A DNA stretch of 25,482 nucleotides from Promethearchaeota archaeon (GTDB lineage: Archaea > Asgardarchaeota > Lokiarchaeia > Sigyniarchaeales > SOKP01): NCBI GenBank assembly GCA_029838195.1, contig JALGVJ010000045.1, positions 1 to 25,482 of the forward strand, in the 5' to 3' direction. The notes beneath the pieces are model-generated. The model had not been told where the DNA came from. It did not search any database and worked only from the letters and a program-made list of their open reading frames with translations. Made by a program: the position numbers and the translations under genes. Below, piece by piece: positions 10,073 to 19,703 of the stretch. Numbering within the stretch: the stretch's first letter is position 1; every line of letters starts with the position of its first letter.

Positions 10073-10847
10073 TTCAATTCTTAACCTTTTTATGTGAAAT
10101 TATCATGAGACTTAGTTTACCCAATGAGAGTATTTCTAACCCTAACGGATAATAAATAGTATCTCATGAAAAAAACCGTTTCACTTTTTTTAATTTATAT
10201 TTAATAAAATTTCAAATATATTCGATAAATAACAATATTTTCCATTTAAGAAAAAGATATATCTTATAATTCATTGAAAATGATTCGTTTCAGAGTATCT
10301 TTAATCTTTTTTCTTAAAAAACATGCATTATTCTAATATAACTCTTTTCACAAGGCTCTTATTTTCCTATTCATTTCTCCTTGTTTAATTAAAGAAAGTT
10401 TTATATTAACTCGGGGGCTAACCGATAAAAGATGATTGACAAATAAAAACAATAAAATCTTTTCTGGTGGCTCCCATTCTCAACCCTGTTTTTTCTACAA
10501 GCTTAGTCGATAATTCATGTGTTTGACCATAGATCTTTTTAAATTCATTTACAATAAGTTTTTAATAATTATCGCCGATATAAGGAAAACAAACAATGGA
10601 AACCTCGAAGAATGGAATGTAAAAAATAATTTAAACCTCCTCCTCTTCTTCTTTTGGACTATTTAAAAAAGTAGGAATAATCAAGGCATGAACCGTTAAA
10701 TTAGAGTTCTAGTTCCTTAGCATAAAACTTCCTTGGAAACCTTTAAAAGAGAGGGATTTTTACTGCAAATCATCGATTAAACCCCGTTAATTTTTAACAA
10801 ATCTGTATTTATTAAATCAGATTATTACCAAAAAAAGGTTATTTTAA

Positions 10848-12242
10848 ATGGAAAATAAAACTATTACCATCCATCATTCAAAAAAGAGCATGATATCATA
10901 TGGTTTCGGAAAATTCCCAAATGAATTCTTCAACATGTGCTTCGGAATGTACGTTTTCTTCTATTACGAGGTGGAAATTGGCCTCGCTTCTTGGCTGACA
11001 AGTCTCGGATATATAATATTTGCGATTTGGAACGCAATCAATGACCCTCTCATGGGATATTTAACCAATCGACCTTTTAGATTTACAAGAAAATGGGGAA
11101 GGAGATTTCCTTTCGTGTTAATGGGAGGTTTGCCATGGGTTTTAAGCTACATCCTTGTTTTCCTTCCCCCTTCCGTGAACCCCCAACAAGATGCTTGGAT
11201 TCTCTTTTTATGGCTCATATTTACTACTTGTCTTTTTGATACGTTCGGAAGTTTATACACGGTCAATTTTTATACCATTTACCCTGATAAGTTCCGTGAT
11301 CAAGATGAGCGGCGTTTAGTTGCTGCTTTATCCAGTCTCATAGCAGCTTTGGGTACAGCTTTAGGTGCGATCGTTCCACCGTTATTCGTAAAATATGGGG
11401 ATTTAAAGTCATATATCGTGCAAGCCATCATGGTCTTTATTGTTTGTTCCATTGCGTTAATGCTCGCAATTCCCGGATGCAGAGAAGATCAAGTTCGAAT
11501 CGACTCTTATCTCGAGAAACATCAAAAGGGACAGGTCGAACGATCGTTTTTCAAAGAATACAAGGCATGTTTAAAACATAAGAATTTCATGGTATACATA
11601 ACTTCTTTTACATGTTACCAAATTCTCGTCTCTCTCATGACCGGGTCAATCAATTATATTGCGTTATTTGCTTTAAAAGTGCCTGCTTCAGCTGTAATGC
11701 CCATTATGGCAGGACTTCTCGTTGGAATGATGTGTTCCATGCCTGTTTGGATGAAAATTGCTAATAAAACCGATAATGATCGAAGAACCTTTATCTTGGC
11801 ATCATTTTTCTTAGCTATAATGACCGTGCCCCTGTTCTTCATTGACGACTATTTCATCATGATAATTGGAGTTATCATTTGGGGATTTTTTGAAGGTGCT
11901 TATTGGGTCATGATATCGCCTGTGGGAAGTACGGTAATTGATGAATCCGTAGTAATGACCTCTGAAAGAAGAGAGGGAATATATCAAGGATTTCAAGCTT
12001 TCGTGACTAGAGCTGCTCTAATTGTTCAAGCTGTGAGCTTTTCAGTAATCCATTCCATTACGGGATTCGTTGAGGGATCTTCTACTCAAACTCCTGAAGC
12101 AATTTTAGGAATTCGAATCCATTTTGCTCTACTTCCAGCAATTTTCATGCTGATTGGAGCGGTGATTCTCTGGAGATTTTTTGATTTAACACCGGATAAA
12201 GTAAAGATTAATAAAGAAAAATTACGTGAATTAGGTTTATAA
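10848..12242 (+). CDS. MFS transporter, GPH/MelB-like (glycoside-pentoside-hexuronide) family
   Basis: About 12 hydrophobic segments; WNAINDPLMG, WGRRFPF, ERREGIY, AILGIRIH. Confidence 0.9.
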   Translation: MENKTITIHHSKKSMISYGFGKFPNEFFNMCFGMYVFFYYEVEIGLASWLTSLGYIIFAIWNAINDPLMGYLTNRPFRFTRKWGRRFPFVLMGGLPWVLSYILVFLPPSVNPQQDAWILFLWLIFTTCLFDTFGSLYTVNFYTIYPDKFRDQDERRLVAALSSLIAALGTALGAIVPPLFVKYGDLKSYIVQAIMVFIVCSIALMLAIPGCREDQVRIDSYLEKHQKGQVERSFFKEYKACLKHKNFMVYITSFTCYQILVSLMTGSINYIALFALKVPASAVMPIMAGLLVGMMCSMPVWMKIANKTDNDRRTFILASFFLAIMTVPLFFIDDYFIMIIGVIIWGFFEGAYWVMISPVGSTVIDESVVMTSERREGIYQGFQAFVTRAALIVQAVSFSVIHSITGFVEGSSTQTPEAILGIRIHFALLPAIFMLIGAVILWRFFDLTPDKVKINKEKLRELGL

Positions 12243-12268
12243 TTTTTTTCAATTTTTTTTATCTTTTT
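12243..12268 (+). terminator. Oligo-T archaeal terminator tract
   Basis: Consecutive T7/T8/T5 runs directly after the MFS stop codon. Confidence 0.5.
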
Positions 12269-12302
12269 AATTCACGGCTCAAATAGATAATCCGCAAGAT
12301 AA

Positions 12303-12767
12303 TTAATCAACATCCACGGGAATTCCGCATTTATTACATCGTTTCGCTCCTCGAAATAAAGGGTTTCCACATTGGGGACAATGATATCTCTTCTCCTCTG
12401 CTTCCACCCATTTTTCCGTCCCTAACTCTCTCCATTGCGGTATGGCTCTCATTATGACTTTTTTTCCCACGGCAATTGGAAAATTTTCGATAAACTTACA
12501 TGGCCACTCATCGCATTGATAACAACCTTCAATCCCTTTTTGTTGGGAACATTTTTTAATAGGACAACTCCTGCAAACAGGAAATACATCTCCCTCGGAT
12601 AAACATCCTGTACATTTTATGTCATCAACTGTTTTTGCAAACGTTTTATAAATGGGAAATAACTTCTGCTTGAATTTTAAATTATTATCCCGGTGGGCAA
12701 TGTATATGGCGCAGACTCCGCAATAAAGGCCGCATGGAGCAAGTAATTCCTTTTTTACCTCTACCAT
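12303..12767 (-). CDS. DUF3795-like Cys-rich protein with C-terminal zinc ribbon
   Basis: APCGLYCGVC, CTGC, CRSCPIKKC, CYQCDEWPC, then CPQCG...CNKCG. Confidence 0.8.
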   Translation of the reverse strand: MVEVKKELLAPCGLYCGVCAIYIAHRDNNLKFKQKLFPIYKTFAKTVDDIKCTGCLSEGDVFPVCRSCPIKKCSQQKGIEGCYQCDEWPCKFIENFPIAVGKKVIMRAIPQWRELGTEKWVEAEEKRYHCPQCGNPLFRGAKRCNKCGIPVDVD

Positions 12768-12871
12768 CTTAACCTCTCTTCCTTTGTTTTTTAATCGTAC
12801 AGAAATATCTTTTTAATTTTTTTCAATTATTATAATATCGGAAAAAGATAATAAAAGGTTTTACAATTTAA

Positions 12872-13645
12872 ATGAAAATTAAGGCATTGATATTAGATTT
12901 TGGCTTTACGCTTTTTTATTTTCGAGAAATCTCTCTCGAAAGATATCTGGAATTCTATAAGCAAGGGTTAGAAAATTCCGCATCCTTTTTGTTAAAAAAA
13001 GACATTTTAAAAGAAGAGTCTTCAATCCAAGAATTTAAAAAGATCTTTAAAATGAAACGGAACAGCTTTTTTAGAGAAAGCTTGAAAACTAATAAAGAAT
13101 ACCCCACACCCTTGATTTTCAGATTGACCTTAGAAGAGATGATTCAGAAAGGCTTGATAGAAAATGACATTTCACTCACGGATGAGCTATTTAATTCCTT
13201 AGCAGATGCATATCACGCTTTTGAATTAGAAGAATGGATTCCCTTTCCTACCACGATATCCGCCTTGGAAAGATTACATTCTATAAAGGATTTAAAATTA
13301 GCCGTTTTATCCAATCATCCCTACCATCCCATTATCGAAAATTTATTAAAAAAATATGATCTACATCAATATTTTGAATACATCCAAACTTCTGCTCGCT
13401 TTGGCAAGAGAAAACCAGATCCCGCTATATTCCTAGATCTCTTGGAAAAGTTGGGATTACATGGCGACCCAAGTTCTGCAATGATGTGTGGGGATGAACA
13501 TGCAGATATCGTAGGCGGATATCGGGCCGGTTTAAAACCCATTCTATGCGAAAGAACCTATAAATTCCCGTTCGAACGAGAGATTCCCCTTACTAATTAT
13601 ATCCGCATTAAAAATCTCTCTGAAATCTTTCCTTACCTCCAATGA
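12872..13645 (+). CDS. HAD-superfamily hydrolase
   Basis: ILDFGFTL (motif I, DxG variant), VLSN, RKPDP, CGDEHADIVG. Confidence 0.85.
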   Translation: MKIKALILDFGFTLFYFREISLERYLEFYKQGLENSASFLLKKDILKEESSIQEFKKIFKMKRNSFFRESLKTNKEYPTPLIFRLTLEEMIQKGLIENDISLTDELFNSLADAYHAFELEEWIPFPTTISALERLHSIKDLKLAVLSNHPYHPIIENLLKKYDLHQYFEYIQTSARFGKRKPDPAIFLDLLEKLGLHGDPSSAMMCGDEHADIVGGYRAGLKPILCERTYKFPFEREIPLTNYIRIKNLSEIFPYLQ

Positions 13646-14318
13646 AACCCCTAATAGCGAGTAGGCTTTTTCCCTTCTCCCTTCTTTCTTTCATGCGCGC
13701 GGAAAACCCCTCCATGGAGACAAGCACGTTCGGCAATCCATGGACTTCCCATTTTTCTCTCATGGAGGTAAATCCCGGACATCTCCACCATTGAAATATG
13801 AATGGACAATGATAACAAGTATTAAGAAACGTAAAAACATGCTTAAAATTATACACGCCTAAAAAAACTACTATAATGCTCAAGGAAAAAGTAATTTTCG
13901 TGCTTAAAGAGATTGATAAGGGAATCGCTTTAATCCACGTCAATAAAAAAGCTACACCCACGGCGATGGCTCCTTTTTGAACGCTTTTAATAATCTTATT
14001 TCTTGTTAAGCCTGTTAGACTTAATAACGTGAACGCATTAAAAATAAACGCTAAAAATAATAACATCAAAGGAGAAAATATCTTATCTAACCTAATAAAA
14101 AAGAATAACGTTAAAGCAAGCACGCCCGTTGGATACGCAATAAAACATCCTACGCAAAGCTTTACCCTCCCACAATGAAACACGTGAGCTTTAAATCTTT
14201 CGCATTCGGGATGATGACTGATCATGATGGGAATGAAACTAATTAAGTATAAAAATAGATCTTTCCTACTCCCGCCATTTTTTCCTTTATTCCCTTCTCG
14301 TGCCTCCTTAACAACCAT
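13608..14318 (-). CDS. Membrane protein with His/Cys motifs (DUF2085-like)
   Basis: SHHPEC...H...LCVGC, four to five TM segments, CYHC...CPGF. Overlaps the convergent HAD gene by 38 bp. Confidence 0.65.
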   Translation of the reverse strand: MVVKEAREGNKGKNGGSRKDLFLYLISFIPIMISHHPECERFKAHVFHCGRVKLCVGCFIAYPTGVLALTLFFFIRLDKIFSPLMLLFLAFIFNAFTLLSLTGLTRNKIIKSVQKGAIAVGVAFLLTWIKAIPLSISLSTKITFSLSIIVVFLGVYNFKHVFTFLNTCYHCPFIFQWWRCPGFTSMREKWEVHGLPNVLVSMEGFSARMKERREKGKSLLAIRGFIGGKERFQRDF

Positions 14319-14470
14319 TTGCTTCCTTTCCAGCCCGTAATTTAATTTAAGGGGTCTTGACTCTCTTGAATTAATAAAAATAATTAAAAAAATTGCTTCT
14401 TTCTTTAGAAAAACCCATTGTTCTGCCAGTGAATGGGCTAAATCAACTATCTATATCTTTTTTTGCCTCC

Positions 14471-14899
14471 TCAATAGTAAAGACTCAGTAAATCCGGTAA
14501 TAACAAAAATATCGAAATAAAAAAGCCAATAACGTCAATGATCCCTAAAATCAATCCAATAGCCGATAATGTCGTATTATCGTCTTCTTTTAACCCTTTA
14601 GAAGCAAAAAATATCGCCAAAGGCCCCAAAATGATTCCAAATACACAGCAACCTATGATCCCGCAAATCAATGAATATGTTCCCCATTTATTCCCTCGAC
14701 GCACGGGATATGTCTGATAAGAAGGTGCGGCCGCCGGGGTGGGTTGAGGATAAGGATAAGGTGCCCCTGACAGGCGAGGTTCACCTGGCTCATGAATAAT
14801 CGAAGGAGTCGGCTCCAGTACAAGTTTCTCCCCACAATTAGGACAAACTTTCCATGTTGGCTCCACTTGAGTTCCGCAATGCGGACAATAATTTGCCAT
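14471..14899 (-). CDS. Zinc-ribbon + Pro-rich linker + two-TM (DUF4190-like) membrane protein
   Basis: YCPHCG...CPNCG, Pro/Tyr-rich linker, SLICGII...GPLAI...AIGLILGII. Confidence 0.8.
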   Translation of the reverse strand: MANYCPHCGTQVEPTWKVCPNCGEKLVLEPTPSIIHEPGEPRLSGAPYPYPQPTPAAAPSYQTYPVRRGNKWGTYSLICGIIGCCVFGIILGPLAIFFASKGLKEDDNTTLSAIGLILGIIDVIGFFISIFLLLPDLLSLYY

Positions 14900-15067
14900 T
14901 TTAATATCTACCCTTATTATTTTTTTAAATTAAAATGCATAGTATTTTTCTAAATTAATACTTGATGAAATAAAAAAATCTTACCCTTTCTCTCCCCTTA
15001 TCCCTTTTTCCAAGTGTATTTCTTCAAGGATATCCTTTACACATCTAATTAATCATTTGAAAAATAA

Positions 15068-15142
15068 CGACTCAGGAGGGATTTGAACCCTCGCTATCTA
15101 GCTCCGGAGGCTAGCGCCCTATCCAGACTGGACTACTGAGTC
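15068..15142 (-). tRNA. tRNA-Arg(CCG), intronless, CCA not encoded
   Basis: Reverse complement folds as GACTCAG-TA-GTCC-AGTCTGGATA-GGGC-G-CTAGC-CT[CCG]GA-GCTAG-ATAGC-GAGGG-TTCAAAT-CCCTC-CTGAGTC-G, with A20 Arg identity element. Confidence 0.96.
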
Positions 15143-15271
15143 AGAGATTTCTTGATTATCTTTCCATTTTTCAGAGATCATAATTAAGATTCTCAAATTT
15201 TCAATCCGGCTAATTAGAGGATCTTATTTTATGGAAATTTTTTATTCTTATTCTAATAAAAAAAATAATGA

Positions 15272-15373
15272 TGGCCTAGGAGGGATTTGAACCCCCGACA
15301 TCTGGTTCCGGCAAATCTCTTGAAAGATTTGACTCCGCAAGCCAGCGCCCTATCCAAGCTAGACTACTAGGCC
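15272..15373 (-). tRNA. tRNA-Arg(GCG) with 27-nt intron (best fit 15306-15332, position 39/40)
   Basis: GGCCTAG-TA-GTCT-AGCTTGGATA-GGGC-G-CTGGC-TT[GCG]GA-G^TCAAATCTTTCAAGAGATTTGCCGGAA^CCAG-ATGTC-GGGGG-TTCAAAT-CCCTC-CTAGGCC-A. The intron contains a perfect 7-bp helix CAAATCT/AGATTTG. Confidence 0.92.
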
Positions 15374-15628
15374 AAGTATTTTTTCATATTATCCGATCGA
15401 ATTCCAGTAATGGGAGGGAAAATCATGCGATCTCATGAATAATTTTCTATTCGTGAGGAATGCAATCTTTATTAAGTGATCCATAATGAATTGTTACATT
15501 TAATTTTAATTTTAAAAAGTCATGTACGCATGAAGTTCGATTGAGAGAGAAGTCGTATAGGAGGAGTCATGTAGATAAAGAATCTTTCATTTATTAAAAT
15601 AGATAATAAAAATAAAGGTCATTCGCGG

Positions 15629-16297
15629 ATGTTTGAGCAATATGGCGTGATATTTGACATGGATGGCGTGTTAGCGGATACTGGACCGATTCATTTTGAG
15701 AGTTGGAAAAAAATGGCAGAGGAAGAGGCGGGAGTTGAGTTCACGAGAGAGTTTTTTGAAGAGACATTTGGGCAGCAATCGATTCCGATCACTCGCAAAT
15801 TAGTAGGACCGGAAGTGAGTCAAGAGCTCGTGGAAAAATGGGCACATCTCAAGGAATATTATTATAGAGAGATGGTCAAGGATAAATTAGAGCCATTGCC
15901 TGGAGCAGTTGAATTAATCAAGGAATTGAAAGCGAAGGGGTTTAAATTGGCCTTGGGCTCCAGCGGTCCTCCGGAGAACGTGGAGTTATTATTAACGAGT
16001 TTAGACGTGAAAAAATACTTTGATGTAATCATCACGGCAGCCGAAGTGAGGAGAAGCAAGCCAGAACCAGACGTATTCTTACTTGCTGCTGAGAAATTAA
16101 ATATTGAACCTTCAAAATGCGTGGTCATTGAGGATGCTCCCGTGGGTATTGAGGCTGCAAAACGTGCGAAAATGAAGTGCATAGCTCTTACCACGACTCA
16201 TGAGAAGGAAGAATTAAAAGATGCTGATCTAGTTATAAAAAATTTAACCGAAATCACCGTGCAGAATATCATTAATCTATTAGAAAACGTACAATAA
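15629..16297 (+). CDS. HAD family phosphatase (beta-phosphoglucomutase-like)
   Basis: IFDMDGVLADT, GSS, SKPEPDVF, VIEDAPVGIEAA. Confidence 0.92.
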   Translation: MFEQYGVIFDMDGVLADTGPIHFESWKKMAEEEAGVEFTREFFEETFGQQSIPITRKLVGPEVSQELVEKWAHLKEYYYREMVKDKLEPLPGAVELIKELKAKGFKLALGSSGPPENVELLLTSLDVKKYFDVIITAAEVRRSKPEPDVFLLAAEKLNIEPSKCVVIEDAPVGIEAAKRAKMKCIALTTTHEKEELKDADLVIKNLTEITVQNIINLLENVQ

Positions 16298-16345
16298 CTC
16301 CCGCCTACATTAACGCTTTTAAAAAATGTGTTTGAATTATCCAAT

Positions 16346-17536
16346 TCATAATCGATTTAGTAGAATGGTTTTCAAATCCTCTTTCGTGAGGGGTACAGGA
16401 TTATTCTTTAAACCCGTTTTTTCTACGATTTTATCTATATCTCCCTCCGTGATGCCATATTTGCCCAATTTATCTAATTGCAAGGATTCCGTCCATTTTC
16501 TTAACGTGTCCGTTAATACTTGACAATAATAATCAATATCTTTTTCTTGAATGCATTCATTTCCGGCAAATAATCCTCCAATTCGTGCGTGTTTTAAAAG
16601 CGCCTCTCGTCCTTTTGTTCCCAATTCCTTTAATTTAATTAAATTAATCTTGGTAGCTTCCGCTAAAAGGGTGCCGCATACCACTCCATGGGGAATTTCG
16701 AAAAAGCCTCCAATAGAGGAGGCAAAGCCATGCACGATTCCTAATCCCGCATTCGCTAACGTGATGCCTGAAATTAGAGCGCCGTAAGCCATGGCAGAGC
16801 GGACTTCAATTTCTGAACCTTTATTCGTACATACTGGTATCATGTTATCTTTCATGGCTTTCATTCCGCTAAATGCTAAGGCATCTGTCATGGGATTTGC
16901 TTTAGAAGACACGAAAGCTTCCAGCAATTGAGTGAAAGCATCCATTCCACATGCTGCTGTCACGGAAGGAGGACAAGAAATGATGAGTTCTGGATCGATA
17001 ATAGCAACGTTAGGAATTAAATTATCGTGTCTCAAGGATTTTTTAAATCCATTCGGCCCCACCTCACTTATTACAGCATTTTTAGTAGCTTCACTTCCCG
17101 TTCCGGAGGTCGTGGGAATTGCTATATAAGGAATCTTCACGCCATCATGCTGCTTGTGTCCTACTCCTTCCAAATAATTTTTCACGGAATCTGTTTTAGG
17201 AATCATCGCAGATATTGCTTTTCCGGCATCAATCACGCTTCCTCCTCCAATTCCGATTACTAGATCTACTTTTTTATTTCTAAATTTTTCAGCATTTTCG
17301 TCCACTAATGCGGGAGAAGGTTCATCGGAAACGCGTACGTGGTCAAATTCAATATTTTTTTGCTTTAATTTTGAAGATATTTCGTCCCATTTTCCCGATT
17401 TTTCCAAAGATTTAGAACCAGTAACGATAATTGCTCGATATCCGTAATTAGGTATGATTTCATATAATTCTGAGAGCTTTCCTGCTCCAAAAATGATGTG
17501 AGGTATCCTAGCGAAATTAAATGGCTCAAAATTCAT
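16346..17536 (-). CDS. Iron-containing alcohol dehydrogenase
   Basis: GGGSVIDAGK, PTTSGTGSEAT, DPEL, DAFTQLLE, GIVHG, IPHG. Confidence 0.93.
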   Translation of the reverse strand: MNFEPFNFARIPHIIFGAGKLSELYEIIPNYGYRAIIVTGSKSLEKSGKWDEISSKLKQKNIEFDHVRVSDEPSPALVDENAEKFRNKKVDLVIGIGGGSVIDAGKAISAMIPKTDSVKNYLEGVGHKQHDGVKIPYIAIPTTSGTGSEATKNAVISEVGPNGFKKSLRHDNLIPNVAIIDPELIISCPPSVTAACGMDAFTQLLEAFVSSKANPMTDALAFSGMKAMKDNMIPVCTNKGSEIEVRSAMAYGALISGITLANAGLGIVHGFASSIGGFFEIPHGVVCGTLLAEATKINLIKLKELGTKGREALLKHARIGGLFAGNECIQEKDIDYYCQVLTDTLRKWTESLQLDKLGKYGITEGDIDKIVEKTGLKNNPVPLTKEDLKTILLNRL

Positions 17537-17827
17537 TGTTCCAAAATATTTTTAATTTAATTTTTTGATATTATTACAATTTTTTAGATATATTAAATTT
17601 AGCCTTCAATCCACTATCTGAAAACTTAAAAACTATAAGTGAATAAGAATTAAAGAAACTTGAAAGAAAAAATGGCGATCAACGATCAACTGAAAATTAT
17701 CATTCCTAAAATGAATGTTTTTTATAGAATTCACGTTTAACTCATTAGATCATCCCTTTTCCTCACGAAAATAAAAAAGATAATATTCATTTGAGAATAA
17801 TAAATAATAATTAATTTACTTTTATAA

Positions 17828-18475
17828 GTGAGATTTATCATGAACACGAGTATTATCCAAAAATTAGAACATTTTAAAATTATTCCCGTAGCAACCGTCG
17901 AAAATGCAGATATGGCTTTAAAATTGGGCAAAACTCTATTGGATGCTAACTTACCCGTGATTGAAGTCACGTTCCGAACTGCCTCAGCCGCCGAAGCCAT
18001 CTCCCTATTAACAAGGGAATCCCCCGATTTGCTCGTAGGAGCGGGAACGGTTTTAAAAGTAGAACAAGTTATACGAGCCATTAATGCGGGAGCTCGATTC
18101 ATCGTGACTCCGGGTTTTAATCCTACTGTCGTGGATTATTGCGTTCAAAATAACATAATCATCATTCCGGGACTAAACACGCCCAGCATGATTGAATGGG
18201 CCTTGGAAAGAGGAATTACTCTCGTGAAATTTTTCCCCGCAAACCTCTCTGGCGGCCCGAAAATGCTACAAACTCTTTCTGGACCTTATCCCATGATGCG
18301 TTTCATTCCAACAGGCGGAATCAATGATACCAATTTAGAAGAATATCTTAAATTGAAAAATGTCTCAGCTGTAGGCGGAAGTTGGATCGTGCATAAAAAT
18401 TTAATTTCAGCCGGCAAATTTGAGGAGATTAAAAAGCGGATAGAAAAAGCTCTCGAAATCACAAAAAAAGCTTGA
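17828..18475 (+). CDS. eda: KDPG/KHG aldolase (bacterial-type Eda); start may be ATG at 17840
   Basis: IEVTFRT, VGAGTV, GARFIVTPG, Schiff-base Lys in VKFFPA, FIPTGG, AVGGSW. Confidence 0.93.
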   Translation: MRFIMNTSIIQKLEHFKIIPVATVENADMALKLGKTLLDANLPVIEVTFRTASAAEAISLLTRESPDLLVGAGTVLKVEQVIRAINAGARFIVTPGFNPTVVDYCVQNNIIIIPGLNTPSMIEWALERGITLVKFFPANLSGGPKMLQTLSGPYPMMRFIPTGGINDTNLEEYLKLKNVSAVGGSWIVHKNLISAGKFEEIKKRIEKALEITKKA

Positions 18476-18569
18476 ATAGTAAAAAGAAGAAATTCCTTCT
18501 ATTTTTACTTTTATTAAAGTAAAATCCGAAGATTCAAAAAAAATTTTTTAAAAAATTGATAGAAACCAT

Positions 18570-19703
18570 TTAAATAATTCTAACTTCATCAGAACATTTC
18601 TTTTCTATTACTTTCTTTCCTATTGCTGCTACTCGACTTGCTAATTCCGTGATTTTCCATTTCTCATAACCCTTAACATAGGTAGAAAAGTTATTTTTAA
18701 GAGGTTCAATCCATTTCTCATGGATTTTACTTGCCCCTACTTGAGCACCTATAATCGCTCCGATATTGCCGCAATTACAATCGGTATCCAAACCCATCAT
18801 GGCCGTTAAACAAATAGATCTTCCTAAAGGATCTTCTTTCTCCTGAGCACCATGGAGCAATGATAATACGATAATGCCGGCATTAGGTAGTACATGAACG
18901 CCAGAAGCTATTTTGTTTAAAAACTTGAAATTTCTTGCCTTCGTATTATTCGGATCTTTTTTTAACTTGTTCTTTCTAACATCATGCCAGTAATCGATCA
19001 ATTTTTCCCTCCCCCTCCGAAAATCAGCAGGAAATTCCTCGTAGATCTTTTTAGCCTCATGGACCATTTGAACATATAAACTTTCTTCGGGTTCAGGTAA
19101 AAATTTTAAAGCTTTATCAATATTTTTCGCAATATCCGGTTCAAAAAATGCATTAGATAATAAAACGGCAACGAAAACCTCTCCTTCTATACCAATTCCC
19201 GCATGAGAAATGCATCCATCCATCTCTGCATACTTTTTTGCTATTTTTGGGCAGCCGGGAGAAATTTGACCAAAAATGTCTGCTCTCATTTGTGCGCCAA
19301 TAGCATCATAATAGATATTATTTTTTGCTCCTGATTCGGGAGGCCATATTCCTTTTTCAAAATTCTTCAATGCCACCCTTTCTGCCGTGAAATTAAGCTT
19401 ATATAGCCGGTCATGCCATTCTTGTGCAATATCTCTTGCCGTGAGATCGATCCCTTTTTTCTCAAATGCGACTAATGCGCATATCTCGTACATCTCATCA
19501 TCATTCACATGTTCTGGATCTACGGGCTTGGTAAAATAGGTGATCTCACCATGCATTTTCTTAATTAGATTATATGGTCTGAATTCCAAGGGTGCTCCGA
19601 GGTGTGAGCCCGCACATCTACCAAACCAAGAGCCTAAAACTCTATCTTCATATTCTTTCGTTGTTATTTCTTTCATGATTTTGATAATACTCCTATTTTT
19701 CAA
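18570..19703 (-). CDS. ADP-ribosylglycohydrolase (DraG/ARH) family protein
   Basis: LGAPLEF, NDDEMY, IGAQMRAD, ISH, DTDCNCGNIGAIIG metal-binding motifs. Confidence 0.88.
   Translation of the reverse strand: MKNRSIIKIMKEITTKEYEDRVLGSWFGRCAGSHLGAPLEFRPYNLIKKMHGEITYFTKPVDPEHVNDDEMYEICALVAFEKKGIDLTARDIAQEWHDRLYKLNFTAERVALKNFEKGIWPPESGAKNNIYYDAIGAQMRADIFGQISPGCPKIAKKYAEMDGCISHAGIGIEGEVFVAVLLSNAFFEPDIAKNIDKALKFLPEPEESLYVQMVHEAKKIYEEFPADFRRGREKLIDYWHDVRKNKLKKDPNNTKARNFKFLNKIASGVHVLPNAGIIVLSLLHGAQEKEDPLGRSICLTAMMGLDTDCNCGNIGAIIGAQVGASKIHEKWIEPLKNNFSTYVKGYEKWKITELASRVAAIGKKVIEKKCSDEVRII

Noticed and set aside
10631-10723. Minus-strand micro-ORF ATG-CTA-AGG-AAC-TAG continuing in frame to ...PKEEEEEV (possible amber read-through)
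   Set aside because: It is only about 30 codons with no family resemblance and no pyl genes nearby, so it is expected by chance.
10717-10761. Resemblance to the phage T7 terminator (TAGCATAA...CCTTGG...GAGGG.TTTT)
   Set aside because: The similarity is loose, the stem is not conserved, and there is no other vector sequence.
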